Of a DNA stretch of 64,000 bases, positions 45,142 to 55,419 are shown piece by piece. The stretch is from positions 9,389-73,388 of the forward strand of contig CAVUNN010000006.1 of assembly GCA_963742895.1 (NCBI GenBank). The letters are read 5' to 3'. Every line of letters begins with the position of its first letter. Positions within the stretch are counted from its first letter, which is position 1. This stretch comes from Terriglobia bacterium. Its GTDB lineage: Bacteria; Acidobacteriota; Terriglobia; Terriglobales; Acidobacteriaceae. A model generated the notes under the pieces. That model worked only from the letters and a program-made list of their open reading frames with translations, was not told the DNA's origin and ran no database searches. Position numbers and translations under genes: made by a program.

Positions 45142-47309
45142 TTACTTCAGCGCCGACTGTGTCGCTTTCACCAGGCTGGTTCCGGTCTTGGTGGCGTAGA
45201 AAATGCTGGAGGCTTGCCCAGAACTGCTTTGGTTGTCGACCACGATGCCGGTGGTGCCTCCGGCGGCGGCGAGCGCCGTAGTGCCGGCGTTGACGGTTGG
45301 GAATCCACTGGTGATGTCGAGGCTCATTACGCAGCCGGCAATTCCCCCGCCCGTAGTGGCAATGCAGTCATTGCTGACACCAACGAAGAGATAGTCTTTG
45401 GCGAGCGTAGCGTTGTGGAACTCGGTTGGTGACGAGGCGTCGGCGGCTCCGGTGGTGAGAGCTGCCGATGAGGTAACAGTAGTGTTCATCACGCCGCCGG
45501 TAAATCCCACGCTGTAGAGAGTCGGCAGCGCGCCCGTGCCTGTTCCCACGACATACATCAGCGGAGTACCCGAACCGGTGTACCAGGCGTTGTTGAATTC
45601 CGGTCCATAAGGTCCGGTGTAGTAGCTGGATGCCGTACCTACCGCGACCGATGTGCTACTGGCCAAGCTTGTCGGAGACTGTACAACGATGGCGTTTGTA
45701 CCATTTGAGTTAAAGCAGGCATAGACCTTCTGGTTGGTGCTATCGATGACGACAGGGTTTTCCGAGATTGTGCCTGCCGCTAGCGAGCTGAACTAACGGC
45801 CGACGGTGACGAGCCGTTGTCGGTGACATAGTCGATGCGCCCGTTCCCGTCGGTGAAGAAGATCTTGTTCGACACCGTGTCGTACACCGGGGCCGACGGA
45901 ACGGCGTTGATGGCTGCGCTCCAGACGATCGTTGGAGTCCCGCTGAAAACATTCTTAATCTTATACAGATATCCTGAAGCGCTGCCATTCCAAGTGTATG
46001 TGGTCGCATAAGCCACATCGTTCGCGTCGTTGGTCGTGTAGACGATAAACGGCGCCGTGGTAGAGCTTTGGTTGGTGGTGCCGCCGTCGGGTGAGAGCAG
46101 TACGCGTTGGTCAACGGCGTTGTTTCCCGTACCGGGTACGGCAGCTGCGGTTGCGCTGGTCCCGTTACCGGCGCCCGTGCCGATCTTCAGGACATGGAAG
46201 TAAGAGCTTCCCGTAAGCAGATTTTCGATGTAGCCAAGTTGTGTGCCGTCTTGGGAGATGGTGACGGAAGCCGGTACCTCTCCGGTTCCCGAGGCGTACG
46301 CGAACATCACTGTGGGATTCCCTGTGCCACAGAGTCCCCCGGTGCCTCGGTACAGATTGTTATAGCCGACGATGTTTGCCTGCGCGCCGGACGCCGGAGT
46401 CGCAGCAACGCCAATCACCACATAATCGTTAGCACAGCTGGGAGCTGCGGTAATGTCGAAAGTATATTTCGCGGGAAAGGTCTGCCCGCCGCCGGGATCG
46501 AAGTTATTCGTGAATGTTCCCGCTGCCGTCAATTGCGTTCCATAACCGGCGCTGGTGTGGTCGTAGTAGGAGTAGTTATCAGTGCTGTTACCCCAGATGT
46601 TAATTTCCAGGGTGCCGGCCGTATTGCGAAATAGAAGTCCATCGACATCGAGGGGCGGGTTGGTCGTATAAAACACGATGTTGTCGAAGTCGAACGCGTT
46701 AGCAGGACTGGTGGTTACACCCGGACCTCCAGGGTAAAGCGGGTAGGTTCCAATATCAGCACCTGCCGTTACGGTAAGCGAACCGTTGGTGGCGAGGAAG
46801 CTGCCCCCGCCTTGGTCGTTAGTGTTGAGCGAGCCGTATCCCGACTGCGTCGAAATCGTGAACCGATAATCGATGAGAGGTTCGTATGTCGCCGTGCCCA
46901 ACGAGACGCTCCAGTCTCTATGGCTCGCCTTGCTGGTGTTGATCGGGCCGCGCTGAAAAATCGGCCACCGGGTGCGCGGGTGACGCAGATACCAGGTATT
47001 CATCCAGCGCGCGTCGCGCTGGAAACGAGCCGTTGCCCAATAATCCTGCGATTCCGGAAAAAGTACGTGGTGGTGAGACCAGTCGGAGACGACGGGTGTC
47101 CGAAAACGTGAATTGGCCTCTTCCGCAGCAGACAGCGGCAAGCTCAGCTGTAACGCAATAAGAACGAGAAGAACGATCGCGAACCCAATCGGCACTCGCG
47201 CGGTCAAATTATGAAACCATTTCACTGAAACCCCCTTACCACGGCGCAAAAGTCGATGACCATGCCTCGCCTTCGCTTCGCGGCCGGAAAAACCCCAGCC
47301 TCGGTTCAC
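45142..47309 (-). pseudogene. Large Thr/Gly/Asn-rich secreted/anchored protein, apparently split by a -1 frame disruption near 45770
   Basis: ORF 45780..47309 has an N-terminal anchor (IGFAIVLLVLIALQLSLPLSAAEE). ORF 45142..45666 has the same composition. By my translation, the frame of the second ORF stays open through the 113-nt gap (SLAAGTISENPVVIDSTNQKVYACFNSNGTNAIVVQSPTS...). Confidence 0.5.
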
Positions 47310-47681
47310 TCGAGGGGAATTCGCCTCATACTAGCGCGCATAGAGGCCAAGCCCGACCAGTTTTGCACCTACGGAATCACCGAGGTAACAACGACACAGT
47401 TGCTGCTGTTCAAGAAGACGAGTCATTGTGTCCCGCCATCAACCACTGATAAGTCTGAAATGTGGCGATATACACCCGTCAGATGTTTATTGTCTTGGTG
47501 CCGCTGATGGTGCCAGTCCTCGCGGTGTGGCAAGAAGTTCGACATCACTCACCTGAATCGCAGGAATAAATCAGGAACGTGAGAGGCCGCCCAACGATTA
47601 CTGTGAGCCATACACGGAGCCTCCCACGGGCGGGTCTTGCTCACCAGTTAAGAACATCTAGCCATTTGTAGGTCGAAGCGT

Positions 47682-48527
47682 TTAGTGAGTATCAGGGTGT
47701 GACTTTTGCGCGTGTTCCGTCTTGGTCTTCTTGGCGGCAAGTGTTGCATCAACCCATGTATCCGCCTTGGCAAGGGCTGCATCACGAGCTGCTACATCGT
47801 TGCAGTGCAGATCGGCACGTTCTCGATAAAGCAGATTCATGCACGCCATGGCATCGTCGTAGTCTGGATGCAATTCCAACGCCTTCACTAACATCTGCAT
47901 GCCTTCTTCGACTTCGGATAGATGATCGTCGGCGACCTTCTGACATGTACCAATGTCCCACTGTCGTTCCTCTGGCTTGATACTCAGCTTGGCGTAAGCT
48001 TTCATTCTCGCCGTATATGATTCCGTCCAGTCAATTACCGCAATACCGTAATACGACTCTACGTCCTTCGGATCGACATCGATCAGCTTGCGGTAATAGT
48101 CCTTCGCATCGCCGTACTTCTTCAGCTGGAGATATAACGTGGCGATGCCACGAATAGCATTCAGCTGATCCGCGCTACCTTGTGCTCCTTGCTGCATCAC
48201 CGTCGAATACGCTGCAATCGCCTGTTCCGCGTACCCAGTATTGTCCGGTGTCTCCACGCCAGGAATGAACTGCTGGGCGAGTGCACTGGCGAGATACAGG
48301 TCAGCTTGGAGAAGCTTGGAATCTAGTGACACGGAACGACGGAAATGCGCTATCGCTTCTTCGTATCGCGCATTCTTGTACGAATCCACACCTGCTTTGA
48401 GTTCGCTCCGCGCTGGTTCAGTGGCAGAGAAACACTTACTCCAGGCTGACCCGGGCGGTTCCTGACGGGCCAGGGGAACAGTGACAGATGTGGCTAGCGC
48501 CAGAAGTATCAAGCCTCCGCGCTTCAT
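47682..48527 (-). CDS. Secreted TPR-like repeat protein
   Basis: 281 aa with a signal peptide. It has TPR-like helical repeats (YKNARYEEAIAHFRRSVSLD; KKYGDAKDYYRKLIDVDPKD). Confidence 0.7.
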   Translation of the reverse strand: MKRGGLILLALATSVTVPLARQEPPGSAWSKCFSATEPARSELKAGVDSYKNARYEEAIAHFRRSVSLDSKLLQADLYLASALAQQFIPGVETPDNTGYAEQAIAAYSTVMQQGAQGSADQLNAIRGIATLYLQLKKYGDAKDYYRKLIDVDPKDVESYYGIAVIDWTESYTARMKAYAKLSIKPEERQWDIGTCQKVADDHLSEVEEGMQMLVKALELHPDYDDAMACMNLLYRERADLHCNDVAARDAALAKADTWVDATLAAKKTKTEHAQKSHPDTH

Positions 48528-48809
48528 ACAATCACCTCACGTGCATATCCCAATAGATACCGGCAACCGCATTCCATCTGGAGAAATTCGATGAACCTCT
48601 TGGTACTGCGGTAAGCAAACTCTACGGCTTTGCTTCAGACCCAGGGGCGACACATCACTGAGTGTAAGGAGCCGGAATTAAGGGAAGCGGAGTTGTTAGT
48701 AGGAATCGCGGCTGCGGTGGCGACTTATCTGAGCCGCTAAACGTGAGCGTTACGATGGTGAAAGGCGTGCTTTCAGTCGCTGCGATGATCCTTAGTCGCA
48801 TAGAATTTG

Positions 48810-49703
48810 CTACCGACTGTTGCCTGGCAGAGGCGATGTCGATGGCACATCAATCTTGAAACTCGGGGCAGAAGTTGGATCTGAATTGGATCGCCGAGAA
48901 ATTGCCGGAAAATCCAACTCGAACCCTAGCTGGCCGCCGATTCTTGGGCTTGCCTCATATTTTCCTCCCAATAGAGCGAAAGTGATGTTGAAGCTGCCAC
49001 GTACTGCGTACATCCCTCCAACCAGGCCCTGAAATTGTTTTCTGCCGAGTCCGCTGGTGTCGGCGATGCCGCCGTATACCTCGCCCCCAAGCGTCAAGCG
49101 AGGACTGAAATCGTGCAACAAGGAGAGGCCTCCCGTGTATACGTGGCCGCGTTTGGTTTGAATTCCGACGACACCGGTGCTGGTGTTACCAGCAAACAAA
49201 TACCCGAGGTTCGTAGTAATCCTGGTTTTGTCCGTAAGCGGCACCTGCGTGATGAAGTTAAGCCAGTAGTCGGTCAGTCCCGAGCCGAGTTGGTGACTCT
49301 CATCTCCGGTCGGGAACTCGACATAAAGACTGGCGCCAAGGGCCGGAGCATGAGATCCCTGTGAGAGAGCACGGAAGTTCCACTTCACTCCCATGTCGGT
49401 GTCGCCCACTCCAGCAGCATTCGGTATCTGAACGGCGCGGTCAATGGACAGATAAGGAACGTCGAAGTCCAATTCAAGGCGATGCGGCAGCCCATAGTTC
49501 AGTTTGAAGTTCGCGGTGTTTTGCCGGAGATTCGGGTATTCAGAAGACTGGAGAGCGTCGAATTCGTTAAAAAACTCAAAATGAAATGTTCCTGGGTCAG
49601 TGACCTGGAGGTTATCTGTGTAGAAGGGAAGTTGAGCCAAAGCCAGCAGCGCATTGCAGATCACGAACAGTCCTAATAATAAGATCCGCGCAGTTCGGTG
49701 CAT
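48810..49703 (-). CDS. Outer-membrane beta-barrel, MetA-pathway/'transporter' family-like
   Basis: 297 aa with a signal peptide (LLLGLFVICNALLALAQ). It shows an alternating beta-strand pattern, and FEFFNEF...NTANFKLNYGL...LELDFDVPY resembles PF13557-type barrels (from memory). Confidence 0.55.
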   Translation of the reverse strand: MHRTARILLLGLFVICNALLALAQLPFYTDNLQVTDPGTFHFEFFNEFDALQSSEYPNLRQNTANFKLNYGLPHRLELDFDVPYLSIDRAVQIPNAAGVGDTDMGVKWNFRALSQGSHAPALGASLYVEFPTGDESHQLGSGLTDYWLNFITQVPLTDKTRITTNLGYLFAGNTSTGVVGIQTKRGHVYTGGLSLLHDFSPRLTLGGEVYGGIADTSGLGRKQFQGLVGGMYAVRGSFNITFALLGGKYEASPRIGGQLGFELDFPAISRRSNSDPTSAPSFKIDVPSTSPLPGNSR

Positions 49704-50175
49704 GGAAATGATTTTCCCGTTACAAAACGTGTTGCTGGTTCAACAGCCTACCCAACAAGAACGGTATCGACCCACGAGTCGGTGTGGCAGCACGTTTAGT
49801 CTTCTGGTGGATACGGGATGGGCTTGGGCAGGACAAAACGGATTACCAAAGCATCTCGCTGCTCGACCACAATGCGGTCGCCATACGTGACGTCGAGGGC
49901 AGTCAGCATCACTTAACGGCAAACTGCTAGCTCGCCACGGAAAGCATCACGTCACGATACATCCCCCGAGGTTTACTACGCGCTTAAGCAGGAGCAACGG
50001 CGTCAGATCTATCGAGGTCTTGCGACTGCGGGCCCCATCTTCAAACAAAGACACCATCTCACGGGTAACATCTTCGGAGACCGGCATCGGATAAGGCTAA
50101 TCTGAGAATGTTGAGCTCATGTTACAGAGCGGAAAGCCGGGTTACTGGTTCTTTTGGCAGCGTCGTGGTTGACCT

Positions 50176-50889
50176 CTAGTCGCCTTGCATGGTCGAAACA
50201 ACGTAGTCTCGATATGCAATGGAGAGAGTCGCCGTCCCTCCGAGCCGAACCTCGGTTCTAGAAATGTTCTGTGCCGGAAGCCAGAAATCTCCGACTTTTG
50301 TGTAGCGGTGGTGAATGCTGGTCTTGCGAATCCAGAACGAAGGATTCTTGGCAGGTTCTCCTTCGATCCTGGTGACTGCGTAATCGCTTGCGTCCACCCA
50401 AACCAGTCCACGGAATAAGAATTTGTTGGTCCGCCTGGGCTCGGCCCGGAGTACGAAGAGATGATGGCCTTCCTCGTCCTCTTCTCTCGCCAAAGAGAAA
50501 CCGTAGTTCTGCGAGGTCATTGCAGTTTCCTGCTGGTTCTCATGTTCGAGAGCTTCCTGTTCGCTTGCCAGCAGGCGACTGAAAACCCTATCAGCGATGA
50601 GCTTTGATCCGCTCTCTGACAGTACGCGAAATTCCTTGCCTCGCGCGGCATCAAAATGTGCTTCGACCGTCATCTCGGCATCTTTGTCATGCGGAAATCC
50701 ACGGTATTCCAGGCGGTAAACGCGTGTTCCCGTATATCCTTTGAGTTTCGCCGCGCGGTCGGCGTTTCTTTGCGCGAGGCTTTGAACGATCTGCTCGATA
50801 TTCGGAGCATTCGTTGTCTGTGCGTTTGCCCACCCGAACGCACACAAAACAACTACAACGCAGGCCTCAAGCCTTATACGAGGGTGCAT
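50176..50889 (-). CDS. LolA-like / outer-membrane lipoprotein-sorting-like protein (tentative)
   Basis: 237 aa with a signal peptide. The C-terminal pattern FRGLVWVDASDYAVTRIEGEPAKNPSFWIRK...GDFWLP resembles LolA_like family proteins (from memory). It overlaps the upstream GT4 gene by 23 nt. Confidence 0.5.
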   Translation of the reverse strand: MHPRIRLEACVVVVLCAFGWANAQTTNAPNIEQIVQSLAQRNADRAAKLKGYTGTRVYRLEYRGFPHDKDAEMTVEAHFDAARGKEFRVLSESGSKLIADRVFSRLLASEQEALEHENQQETAMTSQNYGFSLAREEDEEGHHLFVLRAEPRRTNKFLFRGLVWVDASDYAVTRIEGEPAKNPSFWIRKTSIHHRYTKVGDFWLPAQNISRTEVRLGGTATLSIAYRDYVVSTMQGD

Positions 50890-52282
50890 GTTGTCTGTCC
50901 CGGTCGAAGAGTTTTTGATTCTTTTTCGGTCGGGTACCTGTCCCGATTCTGGTTAAGATCGAGTAGGTTCCACTCGCGGCGTCGGCGGCCGCTCTCATGA
51001 TTCTTCTTCGTAGCTCCGAAGGGGGCTGAGCGACGAAAGCAGGATTTGCATCTTCCAGACGGATCTCGCCTCTGGTAACCGCAGCCAACTGCGTGTATAG
51101 ATCCAGAAATCTGTCGGTCACTACCTGCCACGAGAATTGCCGTGCCGTTTCCATGGCGTGATCGAAAATGCGCTGCCGCGAGGGTGCGTCCTCAGCCAGT
51201 TTTTCGATCGCAGCAGCAAAGGCCACTCCGGTCGGTGCGACCAAACATGAGTTTTCCGCTCGTGCAAAAGACTTTAGGCCTCCAGAATCCGGCCCTATCA
51301 GAACCAAGCCTGATGCCATCGCTTCCAGGGGCGCGATCCCAAACGGTTCTCGCGGATTGGGATGCACGAAGAAATCGCAATTGGCATAAATCCGCGCGAG
51401 CTCTTCACGATCTGAGATCTGACCGAGCCAGGCTACGCGTCTGCCGATCCGCAGTTCCGCATCACGCAAGAAGGACGATCGACAAATCCCTTCGCCAGCC
51501 AACACCAGACGGTACTCTCGTCCGCTGCGTGACAAATGCTCCATCGTCTCAAGCAGCAAAGGAAGGTTTTTCTCGGGCGCCAATCGGCCTGCGTATAGGA
51601 GAAGAGTCGTATTCGCGGGAGAGGCAATTTTCCGGAGCAGCTTGGAGCGCTCCGCAGTCGAGCGATGCCTTGACGAAAATACGTCGCAATCCACTCCCAT
51701 TGGAAGGTGAAACACGCCGCGAGGAATCTCGTGTCCTTTGGCGGCGTTCCGCAACTCCGCAGAGGTTTCATCGCTCACCGCGATGTGGTGATCGAAAAAC
51801 GGAAAGTAGAGATAGCGCATGTACCACTTACAGAAGGTCCGTCCAAGCTCTCCTGCGTGGAGATACGTCTCGAAGTTCACATCCATGCGCTCGCAGCTGA
51901 GACCTATTACCACCGGGCGGAAATTCATCTCCTTTGCCAGCCCAAGCCGGAGCAAAGGCCCAAGATAATTCAGTGAATACTTATCGGCGATTTCGACGAC
52001 GTCTGGCCGCTCTCGCTTCAAGATTTCCCGCAACTTGCCTTCGCTGGTGAGGAACTGACTCGGGTAAATCGTTCGGTAAGACGATTTGAAGCCTGCGAAA
52101 GGCGCGGCCAGGTGATAGACGCGAACCCAGTCGTTCAACTGTTGTTCAGAATCTTCCTTGCCAGGAACCACTAGCACCATCGAGTGCTGGCGGCGGTTGG
52201 CCATCTGCATCATGGCTCGATAGAAAGTAGCAACACCACCCGAAGTCTCTGACCACGCATTCGTGAGATGCAGTGTCTTCAT
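50867..52282 (-). CDS. GT4-family (GT-B, group 1) glycosyltransferase
   Basis: 471 aa. It has N-terminal SGGVATF and the C-terminal Glycos_transf_1 signature (LLYAGRLAPEKN...FVHPNPREPFGIAPLEAMASG). Confidence 0.85.
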   Translation of the reverse strand: MKTLHLTNAWSETSGGVATFYRAMMQMANRRQHSMVLVVPGKEDSEQQLNDWVRVYHLAAPFAGFKSSYRTIYPSQFLTSEGKLREILKRERPDVVEIADKYSLNYLGPLLRLGLAKEMNFRPVVIGLSCERMDVNFETYLHAGELGRTFCKWYMRYLYFPFFDHHIAVSDETSAELRNAAKGHEIPRGVFHLPMGVDCDVFSSRHRSTAERSKLLRKIASPANTTLLLYAGRLAPEKNLPLLLETMEHLSRSGREYRLVLAGEGICRSSFLRDAELRIGRRVAWLGQISDREELARIYANCDFFVHPNPREPFGIAPLEAMASGLVLIGPDSGGLKSFARAENSCLVAPTGVAFAAAIEKLAEDAPSRQRIFDHAMETARQFSWQVVTDRFLDLYTQLAAVTRGEIRLEDANPAFVAQPPSELRRRIMRAAADAASGTYSILTRIGTGTRPKKNQKLFDRDRQHAPSYKA

Positions 52283-52288
52283 ATACGC

Positions 52289-52942
52289 CTAATCTGCCGC
52301 TGGCGATTGCAACAATTGCCTGCCGCTTCTCAGTAACCGCACAGGCTCGGTGACGAAACCACCTATCAGGGAGGGAATGGATATCAAATCAGAGAGAAAA
52401 CTATTGCCGTCTTCTCCCACGATCAGCACTCCACGATTCATGCTGTACCAGTCAAACAGTGCTGTGAGGAGGGAAATAGCGAACGAGGCGCCGATTCCGG
52501 CCTTTAGATTAGGAGTGCGCATAGCGCCATGGACCAACCCGTCAAGGCACATGGAAGCCATTGGAACGACTACAGTGATGCACACGAATGCACGCCAAAC
52601 GGGACGCGCTTTTCTAGCACTCTGGGTAATTCCCGCGAATACGCCCGAGAAGAAGAATCGGAAGATAAGCTCTACGATGGCTGCCAGGGACATTACTCGC
52701 CAGCCGTATTTGGCTGTTGCGAGCATGAATATCGGAGCACGGCAGGCTGCGCTGAGAATAGCTGCCTTCCAGTTCCAGGCTCCGGTTACGCGCACGCCTG
52801 CATTGCAAAGAGATCGGATCAAACCGTTGCTCCTGCGACTGAGATGCCACGTCTCAGAGGTGCGTAGTTCTCCTGCCGGAGGCCGTCCGATGCGAACAGT
52901 TCGCGGTATCGCTCGTACACTCCGTCGAAAACGGCGCTCCAT
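52289..52942 (-). CDS. Hypothetical polytopic membrane protein between the two GT4 genes (start uncertain)
   Basis: 217-aa ORF. Its N-terminal 40 aa overlap the upstream GT4 gene, so the start is probably near 52800. It has 4-5 hydrophobic helices. No family recognised. Confidence 0.45.
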   Translation of the reverse strand: MERRFRRSVRAIPRTVRIGRPPAGELRTSETWHLSRRSNGLIRSLCNAGVRVTGAWNWKAAILSAACRAPIFMLATAKYGWRVMSLAAIVELIFRFFFSGVFAGITQSARKARPVWRAFVCITVVVPMASMCLDGLVHGAMRTPNLKAGIGASFAISLLTALFDWYSMNRGVLIVGEDGNSFLSDLISIPSLIGGFVTEPVRLLRSGRQLLQSPAAD

Positions 52943-54045
52943 GAGCGCCCGAGCGCGTCTGCCCGCGCTGCCCGAGCCATTGATCGCTGCCGTTCCGGTT
53001 TAGCCATCAGGTCTCGCGCATGGAGAGTGAACTCAGCCTCGGAGGATGCAACGAATCCGGTTTCGTTGTGCTTCACGATGAACTTAGGGCCTCCTGCATC
53101 GGTGACTACGGCAGGGACACCGGAGGCGATTGCCTCCAGCACTACATTTCCAAAGGTGTCGGTTCTAGAAGGAAACACGAATAGATCCATATTCGCATAA
53201 GCTTCGGCAAGGCGCTCTCCTTGGAGCACACCCGCGAAATCTGCTTGCTTCAGATTGGCTCGCAACCATGGCTCCGAGCCACCCTGGCCAACGATCAGGA
53301 AACGGAAATTCCGCAGACCCGCTTGGAGCATCTCTTGTTCAAGACGGACCAGCATTTCGACATTTTTCTCAACCGTTAGCCGCCCGACATAACCCAGAGT
53401 AAATGGTCCGGAGGAGCGCGTACGCCGCTTCGGCGTAAATAACGGGAGGTCCACTCCGCGTGACATCAGGAAACATTTCTTTCCTGTCATTCTTTCGAGG
53501 AGCGAGATCAGCTCTGGATTAGGCGCGAATAGCAACTTCGGAATATGGTAGTAGCGCGCGAGCGCCCGCAGGCTCGAGTCATGAATCATCCGAGTGGCGC
53601 GTTCATAAGCGGCCCCTGGTAGCCATCGGAAGAAGGGCGAAAAACGCTGCTCGGCATACTCATGCAGATTCGTGTGCCATGACGCGACCAGTGGAATATG
53701 GAGCCTATGCGCTACTAATGCTCCCATCATTCCCACATCACTTGGGCCGGTTATATGTAGAATGTCGGCCTTGAATTCCCGGACGATTGTCTTGACCTGT
53801 TCGAAATAGCGCCAGAACAACAGGTCAAAGTCGTGCTTCTTATCAACCGGGAATTTAGGAAAACGCCTTGGAAACTCAATCCGACGAATGCTCCCGGTCG
53901 TGCGATCGTAACGTGAATCGCCGCCATGAACATTGAGTACCGGCAAGTCACGTTCTGCCGCGTAGTGCTCGAAATGACGCAGTGTGTTGGCGACGCCGTC
54001 CACCTCGTTGTAAGCGCAGGCAAAGAGAGCAACTCGAGGGAACAC
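52819..54045 (-). CDS. GT4-family (group 1) glycosyltransferase
   Basis: Part of ORF 52819..54195. A GTG start at 54045 is preceded by GGAGGA and overlaps the upstream TAG by 1 nt. It has the signature GYVGRLTVEKN...FVFPSRTDTFGNVVLEAIASGVP. Confidence 0.8.
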   Translation of the reverse strand: MFPRVALFACAYNEVDGVANTLRHFEHYAAERDLPVLNVHGGDSRYDRTTGSIRRIEFPRRFPKFPVDKKHDFDLLFWRYFEQVKTIVREFKADILHITGPSDVGMMGALVAHRLHIPLVASWHTNLHEYAEQRFSPFFRWLPGAAYERATRMIHDSSLRALARYYHIPKLLFAPNPELISLLERMTGKKCFLMSRGVDLPLFTPKRRTRSSGPFTLGYVGRLTVEKNVEMLVRLEQEMLQAGLRNFRFLIVGQGGSEPWLRANLKQADFAGVLQGERLAEAYANMDLFVFPSRTDTFGNVVLEAIASGVPAVVTDAGGPKFIVKHNETGFVASSEAEFTLHARDLMAKPERQRSMARAARADALGRSWSAVFDGVYERYRELFASDGLRQENYAPLRRGISVAGATV

Positions 54046-55190
54046 TATGCCTCCTCTCCCTGTCCGATATCGGGCAAGCGGAAAACGTTCTTCGATCCTC
54101 CCCACAATTGTCGCGCCACTACCTTTACTGGCTCTATTTCCGTCAATCTGAATCCAGCAAAGATCCTGTCGATAAAAGGCGGAGTCTGCTCCCATATTTG
54201 AGAGAGCGGCAGGATGTCACCGTTTGGACCCGGGTGGAAGGTTCGGTCGTCCCACTTCGGCCCGATGGGGTGTTCCGGAATGTAGCGAATGACGTCGAGC
54301 AGGGTGTGCATCGTCCTCACTACCAGTGATTGCTGGTACTGGGGCATGAACACCAGATTGGAGTGACCGTCGCGGATCTCCTGGACGAAGTCGGCGAATG
54401 AACTCGCGTTGGTTACATTGACGACAGCGTTTGGCTCGCAACCGTGGCGATCGCCTCCGGAGATCACCGGTCTTTTCCACGCGTCAGCTAAGTCGACTAC
54501 TCTCTGGTTCTCTTCCCAACTCCGCAGTCCTCCCAATTCGAAAGCGTTGATGAACTGGTTGTGTCCTTCCAGGAATTGTTCGACCGAGCGCCGGTGAGCT
54601 TCCGGACCCACTGCACAGAGGTCCCACATCGGATGGTTCAGGACGATCAATAGATCCTTGATTTCGGCCAATCCAGCCAGCAGTTCGGTCAAACGTCTGT
54701 CTTCGGGTTGGTCAGTGTATTCCTGCATGCCCTTCAGCCAGCGGAACGCGGAACTGCTGGGCAAATTGTGGATACCCAGATGGATTTCCGTGCTTCCGAA
54801 GGGAACGCTCCATTCCATCGAGATGGGAATGTGCCTGCTTTGCGGCAGAAGTCGCAACCTGAGGGGCGCTTCGATGTTGTCGTGGTCAGTTAACGAAACT
54901 AAGCTACGAACTTGCAACTCATCTTCGATCTGGTTTCGCTCCAGTTCGTAGGCTGCGCGGGCGCTGAGAGGTGGTGTCCAGTACGCGCGCGCAAAGTCCG
55001 CCCGCACTTTCTTGCAACGCTTTTCCTGCTGCGACAAAGCCCAGCGCAGGACGGGGAACTGGGCGGCGCGTTCGGGAATGAAGTAGAGACTTTCTCGAGA
55101 ATGAAGTGTATGCCCGTGAAGGGAAACAGCACTGGTGAATTGGATTGCAACTTTCGGCGTTATCCAAAGGTAGCTGATGTTGCTGGCCAA
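54045..55190 (-). CDS. PHP-domain-like metal-dependent phosphoesterase (tentative)
   Basis: 381 aa with the PHP motif series in order: LHGHTLHS (HxH), LTDHDN, EIHLGIH, VLNHP, SGGDRHG. The assignment rests on motifs only. Confidence 0.55.
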   Translation of the reverse strand: MASNISYLWITPKVAIQFTSAVSLHGHTLHSRESLYFIPERAAQFPVLRWALSQQEKRCKKVRADFARAYWTPPLSARAAYELERNQIEDELQVRSLVSLTDHDNIEAPLRLRLLPQSRHIPISMEWSVPFGSTEIHLGIHNLPSSSAFRWLKGMQEYTDQPEDRRLTELLAGLAEIKDLLIVLNHPMWDLCAVGPEAHRRSVEQFLEGHNQFINAFELGGLRSWEENQRVVDLADAWKRPVISGGDRHGCEPNAVVNVTNASSFADFVQEIRDGHSNLVFMPQYQQSLVVRTMHTLLDVIRYIPEHPIGPKWDDRTFHPGPNGDILPLSQIWEQTPPFIDRIFAGFRLTEIEPVKVVARQLWGGSKNVFRLPDIGQGEEA

Positions 55191-55419
55191 TCATCCTCCC
55201 GCTGTCACTGAAAGTGTCATGCTGGAGCCGATTGTCACCCGCGGGTGGTAAATACATTGTGAAGGATTTGCGATTTCTCTGTTACAACCCCCGAAGGGAA
55301 TCAATTTATTAACCCATTTGACCGTTCTGCCCAGAGGAGGGATGAAAGATGTGATCTGACGGATGAGAACCTGCGGCAGATGCGAAACGCGGTGATGGCT
55401 GTCATGGCCCACCAACCCC

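Noticed and set aside
49704-50175. Short minus-strand ORFs of about 46-47 aa in the 470-bp gap between the LolA-like and barrel genes, as a possible toxin-antitoxin remnant.
   Set aside because: They lack recognisable PIN, RHH, AbrB or other TA motifs. They fall below any confidence threshold and were read only by eye.
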